Positions 8,917 through 18,620 of a stretch of 64,000 bases of DNA are shown one piece after another. Source of the DNA: Escherichia phage vB_EcoM_phAPEC6; the sequence record MK817115.1; one strand, given 5' to 3'. The position numbers were made by a program, and so were the translations under genes. Below the pieces are notes generated by a model. That model made no database searches. It was given only the letters and a program-made list of their open reading frames with translations, and was not told the DNA's origin. Position 1 is the first letter of the stretch, and the number at the start of each line of letters is the position of its first letter.

Positions 8917-9397
8917 AGTTTTCCTTTAACACAGTTCTTATATATTCGAATGTTTTAACAAACCAATCATGTTCGTCGGATACATCTACAACTTTACCAC
9001 CATATACATAGTAATGGTAAAAAGGCAACTTGCTTTTTCTTAATCTTTCGGCTAACTCTGGATTTTGAATTATTTTAGCACAAATAGCATCTTGAATAAT
9101 AGAAATACAATCATCCGTCATTTCAATTCGATCATGCATATATTTGTTAGCGGCTGCTTTTGCTGCTGCACCAGATACTTTTCTAAGGTCATCATGTTTT
9201 TGCCCAGTTAAAAACCAAAAGTAAAATGTTTCAACTGAAGGGAACCAACCATATGGTTCAAGTGTGAAGCTATGCGAAGAAAAGTTAGATAGATCTCTAC
9301 CTAACTTCGTTCTGGCTTTACTATAAATGTTAATATGTCGGTATCCATCATCAGTAGGGTCAATGAAGTTAAATGACTCTTCTGGGAATTCAAACAT
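8906..9397 (-). CDS. NADAR (YbiA-like) domain protein
   Basis: Alignable to YbiA/NADAR signature: INIYS...LSNF...FPSVETFY...AKAAANKY...QNPELAERL. Confidence 0.6.
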   Translation of the reverse strand: MFEFPEESFNFIDPTDDGYRHINIYSKARTKLGRDLSNFSSHSFTLEPYGWFPSVETFYFWFLTGQKHDDLRKVSGAAAKAAANKYMHDRIEMTDDCISIIQDAICAKIIQNPELAERLRKSKLPFYHYYVYGGKVVDVSDEHDWFVKTFEYIRTVLKENYDG

Positions 9398-9399
9398 AA

Positions 9400-9753
9400 T
9401 TATTCTTCTTCTCCTGAAGGTGTTCCACGTAGTTTATCAAAATCAACCCAAATACCATGCTGGTTTTTAAATCGACATTTCTCATAGTACCAACTATAGT
9501 CTGTTTCAACACCTTGTGAAATAGAACGCACACTACAATCATACATATTATATAAATGTTCCCTGACAATATATGTATTAATCAGTACAACGAATAATAC
9601 AATAATACCACAGATTTTAGGATGGTCCATAATCAAGTCAAGTACTGAACTAGTTTCAGAACTATCAATCTTACTTCTACAAATAGCAACAATTTTAAGA
9701 ACAGCGAATGATACCAGTAATGAAATTACAATAACACTTAAATAAATTAGCAT
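9400..9753 (-). CDS. membrane protein (117 aa)
   Basis: N-terminal hydrophobic segments. Confidence 0.4.
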   Translation of the reverse strand: MLIYLSVIVISLLVSFAVLKIVAICRSKIDSSETSSVLDLIMDHPKICGIIVLFVVLINTYIVREHLYNMYDCSVRSISQGVETDYSWYYEKCRFKNQHGIWVDFDKLRGTPSGEEE

Positions 9754-9756
9754 AAA

Positions 9757-10338
9757 TTACACTCCTACACCAAAACGTAAAATAATATTATTAACAAACA
9801 CTAAATCAAAAGGTGACTTTGGTTCAGATACTGAGTACTGAAATGATTCTGCTGCGAAATTTTCTCTATTATACCATGTTTCAGAATTTATTAGCATTTT
9901 TTTATCACCAATCGTCACTGAATGTAATGGAACATTTGAAGAAGAATTTATTGAATATGCATTAAGATTACCGTTTTCATCTAATGTGATACTAAGATAA
10001 TATTTTTTCTCAATATCAGGAATAAGTTCTTTTGTATACGAATAGATTGAATCAACCCATTCATCATGTACATTTTCTGCACCAATCAGGTGTCCGAATG
10101 ATAAATTACGTTTAACTGGCTTTGATCCTGGTCGAGTTAGAATGAATTGTTTTGTTAAGTAAAAATTATTATGTTTTACTTCAATATTAACATTTTTAAA
10201 ATTCACCACTTTATCATATACATTTCGAAAAACTGTTATATCCCAAGTACTAATTTCATCCATAATACTTATCACCAGTTCTTCTAGTTCTTGTATAAAT
10301 GGCAAATCATCTTGATGAAATCTAGTCATGGTTTTCAT
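9757..10338 (-). CDS. hypothetical protein (193 aa); possible diverged FQxS-block relative
   Basis: C-proximal ESFQYSVSE resembles the block of the 579-7315 array. Confidence 0.35.
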   Translation of the reverse strand: MKTMTRFHQDDLPFIQELEELVISIMDEISTWDITVFRNVYDKVVNFKNVNIEVKHNNFYLTKQFILTRPGSKPVKRNLSFGHLIGAENVHDEWVDSIYSYTKELIPDIEKKYYLSITLDENGNLNAYSINSSSNVPLHSVTIGDKKMLINSETWYNRENFAAESFQYSVSEPKSPFDLVFVNNIILRFGVGV

Positions 10339-10921
10339 ATACCTTTTTCAAATTCATAATTTCAAGAATGCTGTATTCTTTATCACCAATCAAATCTTCA
10401 GTGAATGCAGTGGGGTCGGCATCGCTATACAACTTACCATTGATGATAACACAACCATTACTAAGATACAATGCACTCATGATCTGTTGTCCTTCTTTCA
10501 CATTTTGTGCTAGACCTGTATTTGTTACTACAAATCCATTTGTTGCTAATGATGATGTTAGTTCTGACCATTCAACTGATATTAAGTCGCGATAGTCCTT
10601 AGATACTTTTATATTCACAATACAAGCAACTCGTTTAATAGGTGGAGTGCTAATCGTGTACATTTGTGGTTGTTGGTAATTAGAGTTGTATGTTTGTGGT
10701 GTTTTAACAGCAGTTCCTGAATTTTGAGTTGATTTGGTAATTACTGGTTCTACACTGGGGACTGTTGTTCTTAGTGATATAATACGTCCAGTTTCATCCA
10801 ATTTAAGGACTAAACGATGAGTTTCATCCTCAGAGTAATAGGGAAACAAGCCACCGGAATTCATATTTTGAAGCATTTTAATTAATTCATAAGTATTTTT
10901 TAAAAACATAGTACACCCCAT
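10322..10921 (-). CDS. hypothetical protein (199 aa)
   Basis: ORF; terminator hairpin abuts annotated start so true start may be internal. Confidence 0.35.
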   Translation of the reverse strand: MGCTMFLKNTYELIKMLQNMNSGGLFPYYSEDETHRLVLKLDETGRIISLRTTVPSVEPVITKSTQNSGTAVKTPQTYNSNYQQPQMYTISTPPIKRVACIVNIKVSKDYRDLISVEWSELTSSLATNGFVVTNTGLAQNVKEGQQIMSALYLSNGCVIINGKLYSDADPTAFTEDLIGDKEYSILEIMNLKKVYENHD

Positions 10922-10947
10922 AGAAAAGGGGAGTACAAAGTACTCCC
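10922..10947 (-). terminator. intrinsic terminator-like hairpin (GGGAGTAC-loop-GTACTCCC)
   Basis: 8-bp inverted repeat then CTTTTCT on minus strand, just after stop of 10957..11511. Confidence 0.5.
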
Positions 10948-10956
10948 AACATTTAA

Positions 10957-11511
10957 TTATAGTTTAATTGATTCTTGAATACCAGTATCCATTGCTTTCT
11001 TGGTACGTGTATCAGATACTACTGTACAAAGGTGTTCAATATTTTCACTTGGAAACGTATTCGAATCAAGAATTTTGGAATTCCAGAAGCCTTTGCGGAA
11101 CTTAGCATAATCAGTACACTGGTCAATTTTCATTTTCTGAAGATTGTTGAACTTTGTACGTCCTGTTTCAATTGTCACCATCAATTCCTGATAAATTTTA
11201 GGATCAAGATTTGGAACCTGTTGTTGAATCTGTGACATTACAAACTTCTGGTCAACACCTTCACGCCCTTTAAAGTATGACTCAATCGTTTCTTTCAACG
11301 CATTTTTGTACTTATCTGCTACTTGAACCTTATCTTGAATAGTAAGAGTATAATTGCTAAGTTGACTTTCAGATGCATCATAGTACTTTTTAATGTTTCC
11401 TTCAAACTCAACTGCACGATCATGTGCACCAACATACATACTAATAGAACCAAACACCATTAGTACAATAACTACCAAAATACCAATTAACGCAAGGAGT
11501 TTACCATTCAT
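10957..11511 (-). CDS. LemA-like membrane protein
   Basis: N-terminal TM helix then helical domain with LemA-like pattern (ETGRTKFNN...YAKFRKGFW). Confidence 0.45.
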   Translation of the reverse strand: MNGKLLALIGILVVIVLMVFGSISMYVGAHDRAVEFEGNIKKYYDASESQLSNYTLTIQDKVQVADKYKNALKETIESYFKGREGVDQKFVMSQIQQQVPNLDPKIYQELMVTIETGRTKFNNLQKMKIDQCTDYAKFRKGFWNSKILDSNTFPSENIEHLCTVVSDTRTKKAMDTGIQESIKL

Positions 11512-12602
11512 AAATCGTTATCCCTCATATAAAGGCCAATGAAAATAGACAGAATCAACAAAACAATGGAAGCACCGATAAGAACATCTTTTCTAGGTTC
11601 CATTTTTACTGACAAGTACTCAAACTCTTTATTAGAGAGTCTCTCAAACTGTGTGTCAATATTATGTACTTCTTTAACTAGTAAGTCAAGAGTTAATTTT
11701 TCATTTAATGCATCAATACGCATCTTTGCATGTAACTCTTCATTCTTCATTCCTTGTGCAAATGATGTACTGTAAAATTTGACAACGTTACCATCATTGT
11801 CAATACCAAAGAACATAATAACATCATTCTTCTTACCACCACGCCACGATGCAAGGGTAGCATCAACAAAATCCACATCTTTGTAATCATAAACTAGTAC
11901 TTGGATGTTTACCTGCTTTCGTGCACCCATCGTTTTTAGCTCATTACGAAGGTATTCATCGTAACCATCAACGTTGTAATTTGTAGTGTTAATTACGTGA
12001 TGTGTTTTGTAATAATCAACTACACTTGGGTATTCTGGAATAGTACTAAGATACTTTTCATCATACATGTTGTGTAGTTCTTCAGGACTAAACAATGAGT
12101 TCTTATCAGCAAATAGATAGTTGATATATGAACTCTCTGCGGCGGCATAGTCACCAATCATAACTTGCTGCCAACGTGGTGGTGTCATTGTACCTTGACG
12201 GTTCACACGTTCAATCTCAAACTCACCTACTGTACTTTTCACATACCAATCAACTTCATATGAGTAATCAAAAACCTTATATGATTCACACTCACGATGT
12301 GATTTACCTTTACTATCATATCGCGTATGGCACTTCTCATGCCATGTATAGTGCTTACATGAACTAGATTGTGTGCAATATTCTTTGTGGCTGTATTTTG
12401 AAGTTACTTGACCATTCAGAATCTCAACATCATAAAGCTGGCTATAGTTGATTGCGTATGAAATACCAAGAACAAGAGCCGCACCAACCAGACAACAACC
12501 AATATGAATCAATAGTTCTTTAGTACTGATATGCTTATCGTACATGTATTTCATAACGAATACAACGATAAGAGCAGGTATTAACAGAATAATGAAATTC
12601 AT
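11508..12602 (-). CDS. membrane protein with possible TPM-like domain (364 aa)
   Basis: N- and C-terminal TM segments; Cys/His cluster; C-terminal region resembles TPM fold pattern; overlaps LemA-like gene by 4 nt. Confidence 0.35.
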   Translation of the reverse strand: MNFIILLIPALIVVFVMKYMYDKHISTKELLIHIGCCLVGAALVLGISYAINYSQLYDVEILNGQVTSKYSHKEYCTQSSSCKHYTWHEKCHTRYDSKGKSHRECESYKVFDYSYEVDWYVKSTVGEFEIERVNRQGTMTPPRWQQVMIGDYAAAESSYINYLFADKNSLFSPEELHNMYDEKYLSTIPEYPSVVDYYKTHHVINTTNYNVDGYDEYLRNELKTMGARKQVNIQVLVYDYKDVDFVDATLASWRGGKKNDVIMFFGIDNDGNVVKFYSTSFAQGMKNEELHAKMRIDALNEKLTLDLLVKEVHNIDTQFERLSNKEFEYLSVKMEPRKDVLIGASIVLLILSIFIGLYMRDNDL

Positions 12603-12605
12603 GTA

Positions 12606-13295
12606 TTAATCCATTTTAAGCTTGTTTAGACAGAATGAAATCTGGATTGCTTCACGTGCTGCATCAAACAGTGGGTGATGTAACTCCAACCCATTAATCC
12701 CACACGTATTTGCATATGTGATAAATTTATCCAACTGTACCGAAACGATTTCATCCATTTCAATACGAGCTTCTTCATTCAATAAACGTTTCAATGTGCG
12801 TGCATTTTCAGGTGCATCATACTTCCACAACTCACCAGCGTTCATTAGTTTTAAATGGTTTGCTTGTAAAATACTACAATCGAAGTTACATCCGTTGCCC
12901 CAGACTGAATGAGGAACTTCTTCACCATAATCATTGTAACGTAATTCTTTCCAGAAATCAACAATACTACTGTATGCAAAAAATCGTCGTGATTGACCAT
13001 TCGGTCCATACAGTTCAGGTGCTTTGAGTTTCATAGTACTGGCAACTTCAGAATATGCATTAGGGTATTCTTTCTGACATGTATTCATCCAAAAATCCAT
13101 TGCACCTGCGTCTGATTTTAAACCAGCAGCAACTTGATCCTGGTATGGTAATTTAATATATAAGAACTGACGAATGTCATTTTCAGGTTTACTTGGAACT
13201 ACTACTGCTGCGTAATTTGGGATAATAATATCATAACCGGAAAGTTCAGGTGTTCCAAGAGCTTCAATATCAACACTAATATGACGACGTTTCAT
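12606..13295 (-). CDS. DEDDh-type 3'-5' exonuclease (DexA-like)
   Basis: Exo motifs VDIEALG, NGCNFD, HHPLFDA in order. Confidence 0.6.
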   Translation of the reverse strand: MKRRHISVDIEALGTPELSGYDIIIPNYAAVVVPSKPENDIRQFLYIKLPYQDQVAAGLKSDAGAMDFWMNTCQKEYPNAYSEVASTMKLKAPELYGPNGQSRRFFAYSSIVDFWKELRYNDYGEEVPHSVWGNGCNFDCSILQANHLKLMNAGELWKYDAPENARTLKRLLNEEARIEMDEIVSVQLDKFITYANTCGINGLELHHPLFDAAREAIQISFCLNKLKMD

Positions 13296-13318
13296 AAGTT
13301 AGTTCCTTATCTGTACAT

Positions 13319-13362
13319 TAAAAAGAGTGCGTTTTCAATAAGATTATATTAAAAACGCACTC
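13319..13362 (-). terminator. intrinsic terminator-like hairpin (11-bp stem GAGTGCGTTTT / AAAACGCACTC)
   Basis: Long inverted repeat with T-run on minus strand between two genes. Confidence 0.5.
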
Positions 13363-13374
13363 ATATGTCAACTA

Positions 13375-14511
13375 TTACTTGTTAGCTTTTTCGGCAATTT
13401 CACGAAGAGTGTCTTCCAGTTCATAGGAAAGTTGTGCAATTTCCTGTTTAGCACGTTCACGTTCCAATTTACCTTTTTTCTCTTCTTCAATAACTGCTTC
13501 AATACTGTCAATCATCGTTTTATGTACATTACGCAAGGTTTTAATATCCACAATACCACGGTTGTTTGCCTTTGCTGCATCCAACATATTTGCTGCAACC
13601 ATTTTAGAGTTAGTTTCCAAAAGACGGTTTGTCTCATTATCAATTAGATTGCCTAGTTCATTATCCTTACGTTGACGCTCGGAAATCAACTGTTCAGCCA
13701 ATTGAGACTTCCATGCTGGAATAACAACGGATTTTAAATCTTCAAACTTAGAAACAGTGTTCAAGTTTACTTTTTTCATACTCATCAAGCGTGGACCACT
13801 TAGTTCGCACATCATGATAAGACGACGAATCTTATCTTCTTGTTTAGAAAGTGCTTCACAAATCATCTTTTGCTCTTGAATAGCAAAAGAGTCTACATTT
13901 TTGTCTGCTTGCATTTCTACTAATAATGCATCTTGTGTTTTAGTCACTTCTTCTAAACCAACTAATGTATCACGCAATTCAAACAAATATTCTTTGTTTT
14001 CATTATATGCTTTATCAAGCCATTCACATTCTCCGTGCTGGCGATTAATACCAGTTTGAAGAGTTTTCATAATTTCGTCAATTTGCTCTTTACTGTTTTT
14101 GTACTGATCACCTACTTTCTGTTGAGCATTAACAAAGAATTTCTTAATACGACCAACAATTGATTTATCTTCTTGAAGACTGTCAATATCAACTGCACGA
14201 GTCAACGTAAGAATTGTGGTGATTGATTTACCAAACTCGGTATTGTCATCCGTTACATTAACTTTAGACATAATTTCATCAGCCAAACGCCCAACAGCAG
14301 CACCAGCAGTTGTACCAACAGTATTGATGTTTTGAACTGTTAGAGACATAGTATTTCCCTTAACATCTTTCAGTACTGGTAGTGATTTTGTAGTTTGGTT
14401 AAAAATATCACTTGCATCAATTGTATGACCTTTAGTCGCAGTTTTAGTAGTACGTTTTGCTGATTTAGCTGCGGTGGATGCTTTTTTAGGATTGATTTCT
14501 TTCTCGGACAT
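13375..14511 (-). CDS. coiled-coil protein, possibly TelA/KlaA-like (378 aa)
   Basis: Long helical heptad-rich sequence; size and architecture fit TelA-like proteins, no hard motif. Confidence 0.3.
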   Translation of the reverse strand: MSEKEINPKKASTAAKSAKRTTKTATKGHTIDASDIFNQTTKSLPVLKDVKGNTMSLTVQNINTVGTTAGAAVGRLADEIMSKVNVTDDNTEFGKSITTILTLTRAVDIDSLQEDKSIVGRIKKFFVNAQQKVGDQYKNSKEQIDEIMKTLQTGINRQHGECEWLDKAYNENKEYLFELRDTLVGLEEVTKTQDALLVEMQADKNVDSFAIQEQKMICEALSKQEDKIRRLIMMCELSGPRLMSMKKVNLNTVSKFEDLKSVVIPAWKSQLAEQLISERQRKDNELGNLIDNETNRLLETNSKMVAANMLDAAKANNRGIVDIKTLRNVHKTMIDSIEAVIEEEKKGKLERERAKQEIAQLSYELEDTLREIAEKANK

Positions 14512-14596
14512 TTAGTATTCCTCGTTTAATTTAATATGATGTGCTGCTCTGTGATAAACATTATACGGACAGCACGTATGATAGTCAAGTATTTTT

Positions 14597-15724
14597 TTAC
14601 TCTTTGTTACCATATGCCAGATTACGAATAATTTCTACAGTACTCTCATCCACAGCTTTACCTGTCTGTGATTGTAAACGATTGATAATCAAAGGAATAG
14701 TAATAGTTTGAATATCTACCATACGATTCATATCAACTTGATATTGCTTACTTGTTGCAATAATGCTCGTTTCAGTCATGGAGGTGGTGATTCCCATTTT
14801 CATAATACGTTCTAATGTTAATTCATATTCAAACGCATCATCCACACAACGTAGTGCGTATTCACAACCCAACTTACCATATTCAAGTTCATTTTTGATT
14901 TCATTAACTTCGTTTCTAAGTTCTGAAAACATCGTACTAAGACCACTAAACTTATTAGTGTCATACTTAACTGCTTCATTTAGTGCTTTCATCACTTTTG
15001 GCAAATCTGATGGTTGCACTTTGATATCAGTTTTACCAAACAATTTCTGTGTAAAGGTCGGCTTCAATGGGAACAACGTCTCCAACGCAACAGTAAGGTT
15101 ATTCATAAGCATTCTAATATAATCACTATGCTGTTGTAATGCTGAGTTAAGATCCAATTGACGTTCTGAAATTTGTTGAATCTTAGTTCCAATTTCTTGT
15201 GCACAAACTGGTAAGTTTACAAACCAGTCTAGTACTTTTACTGAATTCTTTTCAATAGTACTAGGGAATTCAACCCATCTTTCAATGTCATCAATTCTGC
15301 TATCGTCTGGGTTGATAGGTTTTTTCTTAAGAACAATAGGTGCAGGTACATCTGGTGATGTTTGTACCAAGTCTAAACGTGGTTTGGCACGACCTTCTTT
15401 CCATTCACGATATTCACGCTCTAATGGCGGTACTGGCATGTTAGGATCAATTCTAATATTACTAAAATGAATTTTATCCTTCATTAAATCAAGAACTTTC
15501 AGACGTTTATTATCAAAATAGATTTCATCTAATGACAGAGTTTTTACATCAAATAACGGATTACCCAGCGAGTCATAGGTGCGACGTACAATTACATTGT
15601 AAATGTATTTTTTGTTTGATGAACGGTCATATTGTTTCAATAAAGAGTTCAGTACATAATTATAGTTAAATTCTTGAATCTCAACTTCTTTGCCATTTTC
15701 AATGAAAAAATATTTACCTTTCAT
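14597..15724 (-). CDS. hypothetical protein (375 aa)
   Basis: ORF only. Confidence 0.4.
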   Translation of the reverse strand: MKGKYFFIENGKEVEIQEFNYNYVLNSLLKQYDRSSNKKYIYNVIVRRTYDSLGNPLFDVKTLSLDEIYFDNKRLKVLDLMKDKIHFSNIRIDPNMPVPPLEREYREWKEGRAKPRLDLVQTSPDVPAPIVLKKKPINPDDSRIDDIERWVEFPSTIEKNSVKVLDWFVNLPVCAQEIGTKIQQISERQLDLNSALQQHSDYIRMLMNNLTVALETLFPLKPTFTQKLFGKTDIKVQPSDLPKVMKALNEAVKYDTNKFSGLSTMFSELRNEVNEIKNELEYGKLGCEYALRCVDDAFEYELTLERIMKMGITTSMTETSIIATSKQYQVDMNRMVDIQTITIPLIINRLQSQTGKAVDESTVEIIRNLAYGNKE

Positions 15725-15820
15725 TATAAAACCTCATAATCAATTAAAATTTACGCTATGGTGATATTGTACATACTTCGACTACACATGTCAACACCTG
15801 AAAAGAAAAAAGGACGCACC

Positions 15821-16639
15821 TTAGTGCATCCTTTTGTTACTTTTATCCTTGTACCATACAAATGTCTTGACAGGTGGATATTTTTCATTCTTTGGTGGTT
15901 CAGGCATGTCGTATACAGTTGCATTTCTAAACTTAAGAATGTATGTGTCCATTAAACGGATTATACAATAGTTTAAACATTTTTGTGCTCTTTCTTTCCA
16001 AAAATGTTTATATGGTTCTGGACAACCAAGATAATCAAGTTTATACATACTCATAGCAACTTGCATAAATCTTTGGGCCGAGAATTTTCGCTTATCAATC
16101 TTACTTGCTCTGTGTTGGTCACATGTCCAACTTGATACACCAGGCAAGTGACAAAACAAATCAAAACTAACCATACTATCAAAGTATTTGTTATGACCAT
16201 GTAACTCACCATAAAATACAGCTTCTGACACAGTATCATATAATGAGAAATTTGAATGTATATGTTCATTATCAAAAATACTTTTTAAATCTTTATAAGT
16301 TTCTGGAACAGGTGGCTCAGGTAATACTTCACCGAATACTTCAACACACCATATCTTCCATAAACCTTTTGTAAATTTATTTTCTAATTCTCTATCACTA
16401 TCAATATAAAAAGTTTTTTCATTTATGAAAACTTTTCTAGCCATGTATGCTTTAAAAATTGCATCTGGATCAATGTCTTCACGATTTACATCATCCCAGC
16501 CTTTACCAATTCTTGAAATTTCAAATCTACGCATATACATACGACATGCTAAATCTTTAGTAAGGCTGCGACGATACTTTTCATCCTGATGTAATTTGGT
16601 TGTTTCGTGAAGAGATTTAAGCATATTTAAAATTCTCAT
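15821..16639 (-). CDS. hypothetical protein (272 aa)
   Basis: ORF only. Confidence 0.4.
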   Translation of the reverse strand: MRILNMLKSLHETTKLHQDEKYRRSLTKDLACRMYMRRFEISRIGKGWDDVNREDIDPDAIFKAYMARKVFINEKTFYIDSDRELENKFTKGLWKIWCVEVFGEVLPEPPVPETYKDLKSIFDNEHIHSNFSLYDTVSEAVFYGELHGHNKYFDSMVSFDLFCHLPGVSSWTCDQHRASKIDKRKFSAQRFMQVAMSMYKLDYLGCPEPYKHFWKERAQKCLNYCIIRLMDTYILKFRNATVYDMPEPPKNEKYPPVKTFVWYKDKSNKRMH

Positions 16640-17316
16640 CGCAACACCAAATATTTCCCGTTTCTTCCAATTACATATTGATCACCACTTCGTAGTACTG
16701 TATAGCTTTCCCCTAGTATGGAACTAAGACGCGAAGTGTCTAATTGTGTATCATTCTTTAATAACTTTTTCACATATGTTTCTGAAACAAAACCGCTTCC
16801 AGTACTGTAATGTAATTTACCATATGCTGTTTTTAATGTCAACATGTTTCCTTCTTTGATTACTGAAACACCAGCATAATCAAGGAACTCACTAATTGAA
16901 CTAGGAATACCCAAATCAATTCTCTGCTGTATTTCTTCAAAATCAACATCGATTGGGTCATTAACACCATATAGTTGTATTTTCCAACCTGGGTCTGGAC
17001 AAATATTTTCAATAGTTTTAATTAAACGTAAAAGTTTTTCAGGGAATTCGGCATTTCGTTCCATTTCAACATAAACTTGATATCGACCATCTAAATTTGG
17101 TGTTTCTGCTGCTTCTGTATCAGCTACATCAATAGGTGATTTTTCAATAAAAGAAGATAAATCATATGCTGCATCAAAATTGTTAAGTACCTGAAACATA
17201 ATAACAATATTACTATCTTCAATTTTAGGAGTATATTCATCAACACTAATGATAGGATGAATCAAATCTTTGAGAACTTGCGGACGTAAGCCTTGTTCAT
17301 TTAATTTCTTTTTCAT
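16636..17316 (-). CDS. hypothetical protein (226 aa)
   Basis: ORF; 4-nt overlap with upstream gene. Confidence 0.4.
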   Translation of the reverse strand: MKKKLNEQGLRPQVLKDLIHPIISVDEYTPKIEDSNIVIMFQVLNNFDAAYDLSSFIEKSPIDVADTEAAETPNLDGRYQVYVEMERNAEFPEKLLRLIKTIENICPDPGWKIQLYGVNDPIDVDFEEIQQRIDLGIPSSISEFLDYAGVSVIKEGNMLTLKTAYGKLHYSTGSGFVSETYVKKLLKNDTQLDTSRLSSILGESYTVLRSGDQYVIGRNGKYLVLR

Positions 17317-17879
17317 TACATTCCACCTTCTTGTGTCTCATCCGTTACTTCTACATCTAAATCCACATCATCACCAGTTACAGGTTCTTCAATATTCTCA
17401 GGAGAATTCATTGGATTACTATTGAATTCTGCTGCCATTAGTTTATATTCATCAAAACTTTCTGGATTAATCAAGTTTCGTGGAATCTGCACTCTAACCA
17501 ATAGTACTGGGATTCTTTCATTTTTTGGTATACGTACAGAGCCAGATTGTGTCGCTACACTTTTCATGTCAGCTTGACGATTTGGTTCTTTAATAGGAGT
17601 TATTTCATAATCAGCTTTAACATATACTTTAGTTCCATGTTTCTCTAAAATAGAGAATGCGGTAGGATCGGGAAAATTTTCACGATAGTATTTAAATGTA
17701 ACAGTACACCAATACTTACTTACAATTGGCCCCTCTACCAACTCACCCTCAATAATTCCTTTATACGCATATAAATCATTATCATCGAAATATTTCTCTA
17801 CAGCAAGAAGTATATCTAACATACCACTGTTATCATACAACTGCTGAATAGCATTATCTGTATAATCTAAATCGTCCAT
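17316..17879 (-). CDS. hypothetical protein (187 aa)
   Basis: ORF only. Confidence 0.4.
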   Translation of the reverse strand: MDDLDYTDNAIQQLYDNSGMLDILLAVEKYFDDNDLYAYKGIIEGELVEGPIVSKYWCTVTFKYYRENFPDPTAFSILEKHGTKVYVKADYEITPIKEPNRQADMKSVATQSGSVRIPKNERIPVLLVRVQIPRNLINPESFDEYKLMAAEFNSNPMNSPENIEEPVTGDDVDLDVEVTDETQEGGM

Positions 17880-17936
17880 ATTTTATATTATCCTTAAAAA
17901 CTAGCACATATAATACTATTTACTACTTTTAAAATA

Positions 17937-17963
17937 CAACAAAAGGGGTTTGAATCAAACCCC
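17937..17963 (-). terminator. intrinsic terminator-like hairpin (GGGGTTTGA-A-TCAAACCCC)
   Basis: 19-nt palindrome followed by TTTTGTTGTATTTT on minus strand. Confidence 0.6.
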
Positions 17964-17975
17964 AATTTAAAAGTT

Positions 17976-18620
17976 TTATTTGTAATATTTACCTAGTACT
18001 GAATAAATTTTCAGTCTAAGTTCTGTCCAGTTTTCGATATATTCAAAACCACTATGATTCTTATACATAGTATTATGAGAACATCCCATCATAACTGATG
18101 GAATACCAAGACCCATAGCAGTTTCAATATTATTGATATAATCATCAATCATTAGTTTTACATCATATCGTGTTTGTAAATCCTCTAATGCTTCTTTCTT
18201 TGATTCATTCATTTCTATGATAATAATCTCATCAAAGCAGTTTTCACCAAATTCACGCATTAGATTTACATTTCGTAAAACTTCACCATAGCCTTTTTTA
18301 CCACATTTTGTGAGTACTACGAATTTTTCTTTATGAAAACGATCACGTAGCTCTTGTACAATATCAACTGTATTTGGTTCGACTGGCTTTAACAACCCAA
18401 ACAAATATGATTGTTGGTTGAACTGTTCAAGAATCTTTTTAACTTCAGGTTGAGGAACACCCAACCAGTCTGATAAATCATATTCTAATGGGTATGGTGT
18501 TGATGGTGTGATATTATAAGTTTGTTTTACAAACTCAGAAAGCATACCCATATGGTCCAATAGAACTTCATCACAATCAAAAACTATACAACGTGGTTTC
18601 ATTACATGTTCCCCGAACAA
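17976..18620 (-). CDS. HAD-superfamily phosphatase, 5'(3')-deoxyribonucleotidase-like
   Basis: HAD motif I FDCDEVLLD and motif IV MIDDY. Confidence 0.55.
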   Translation of the reverse strand: MFGEHVMKPRCIVFDCDEVLLDHMGMLSEFVKQTYNITPSTPYPLEYDLSDWLGVPQPEVKKILEQFNQQSYLFGLLKPVEPNTVDIVQELRDRFHKEKFVVLTKCGKKGYGEVLRNVNLMREFGENCFDEIIIIEMNESKKEALEDLQTRYDVKLMIDDYINNIETAMGLGIPSVMMGCSHNTMYKNHSGFEYIENWTELRLKIYSVLGKYYK

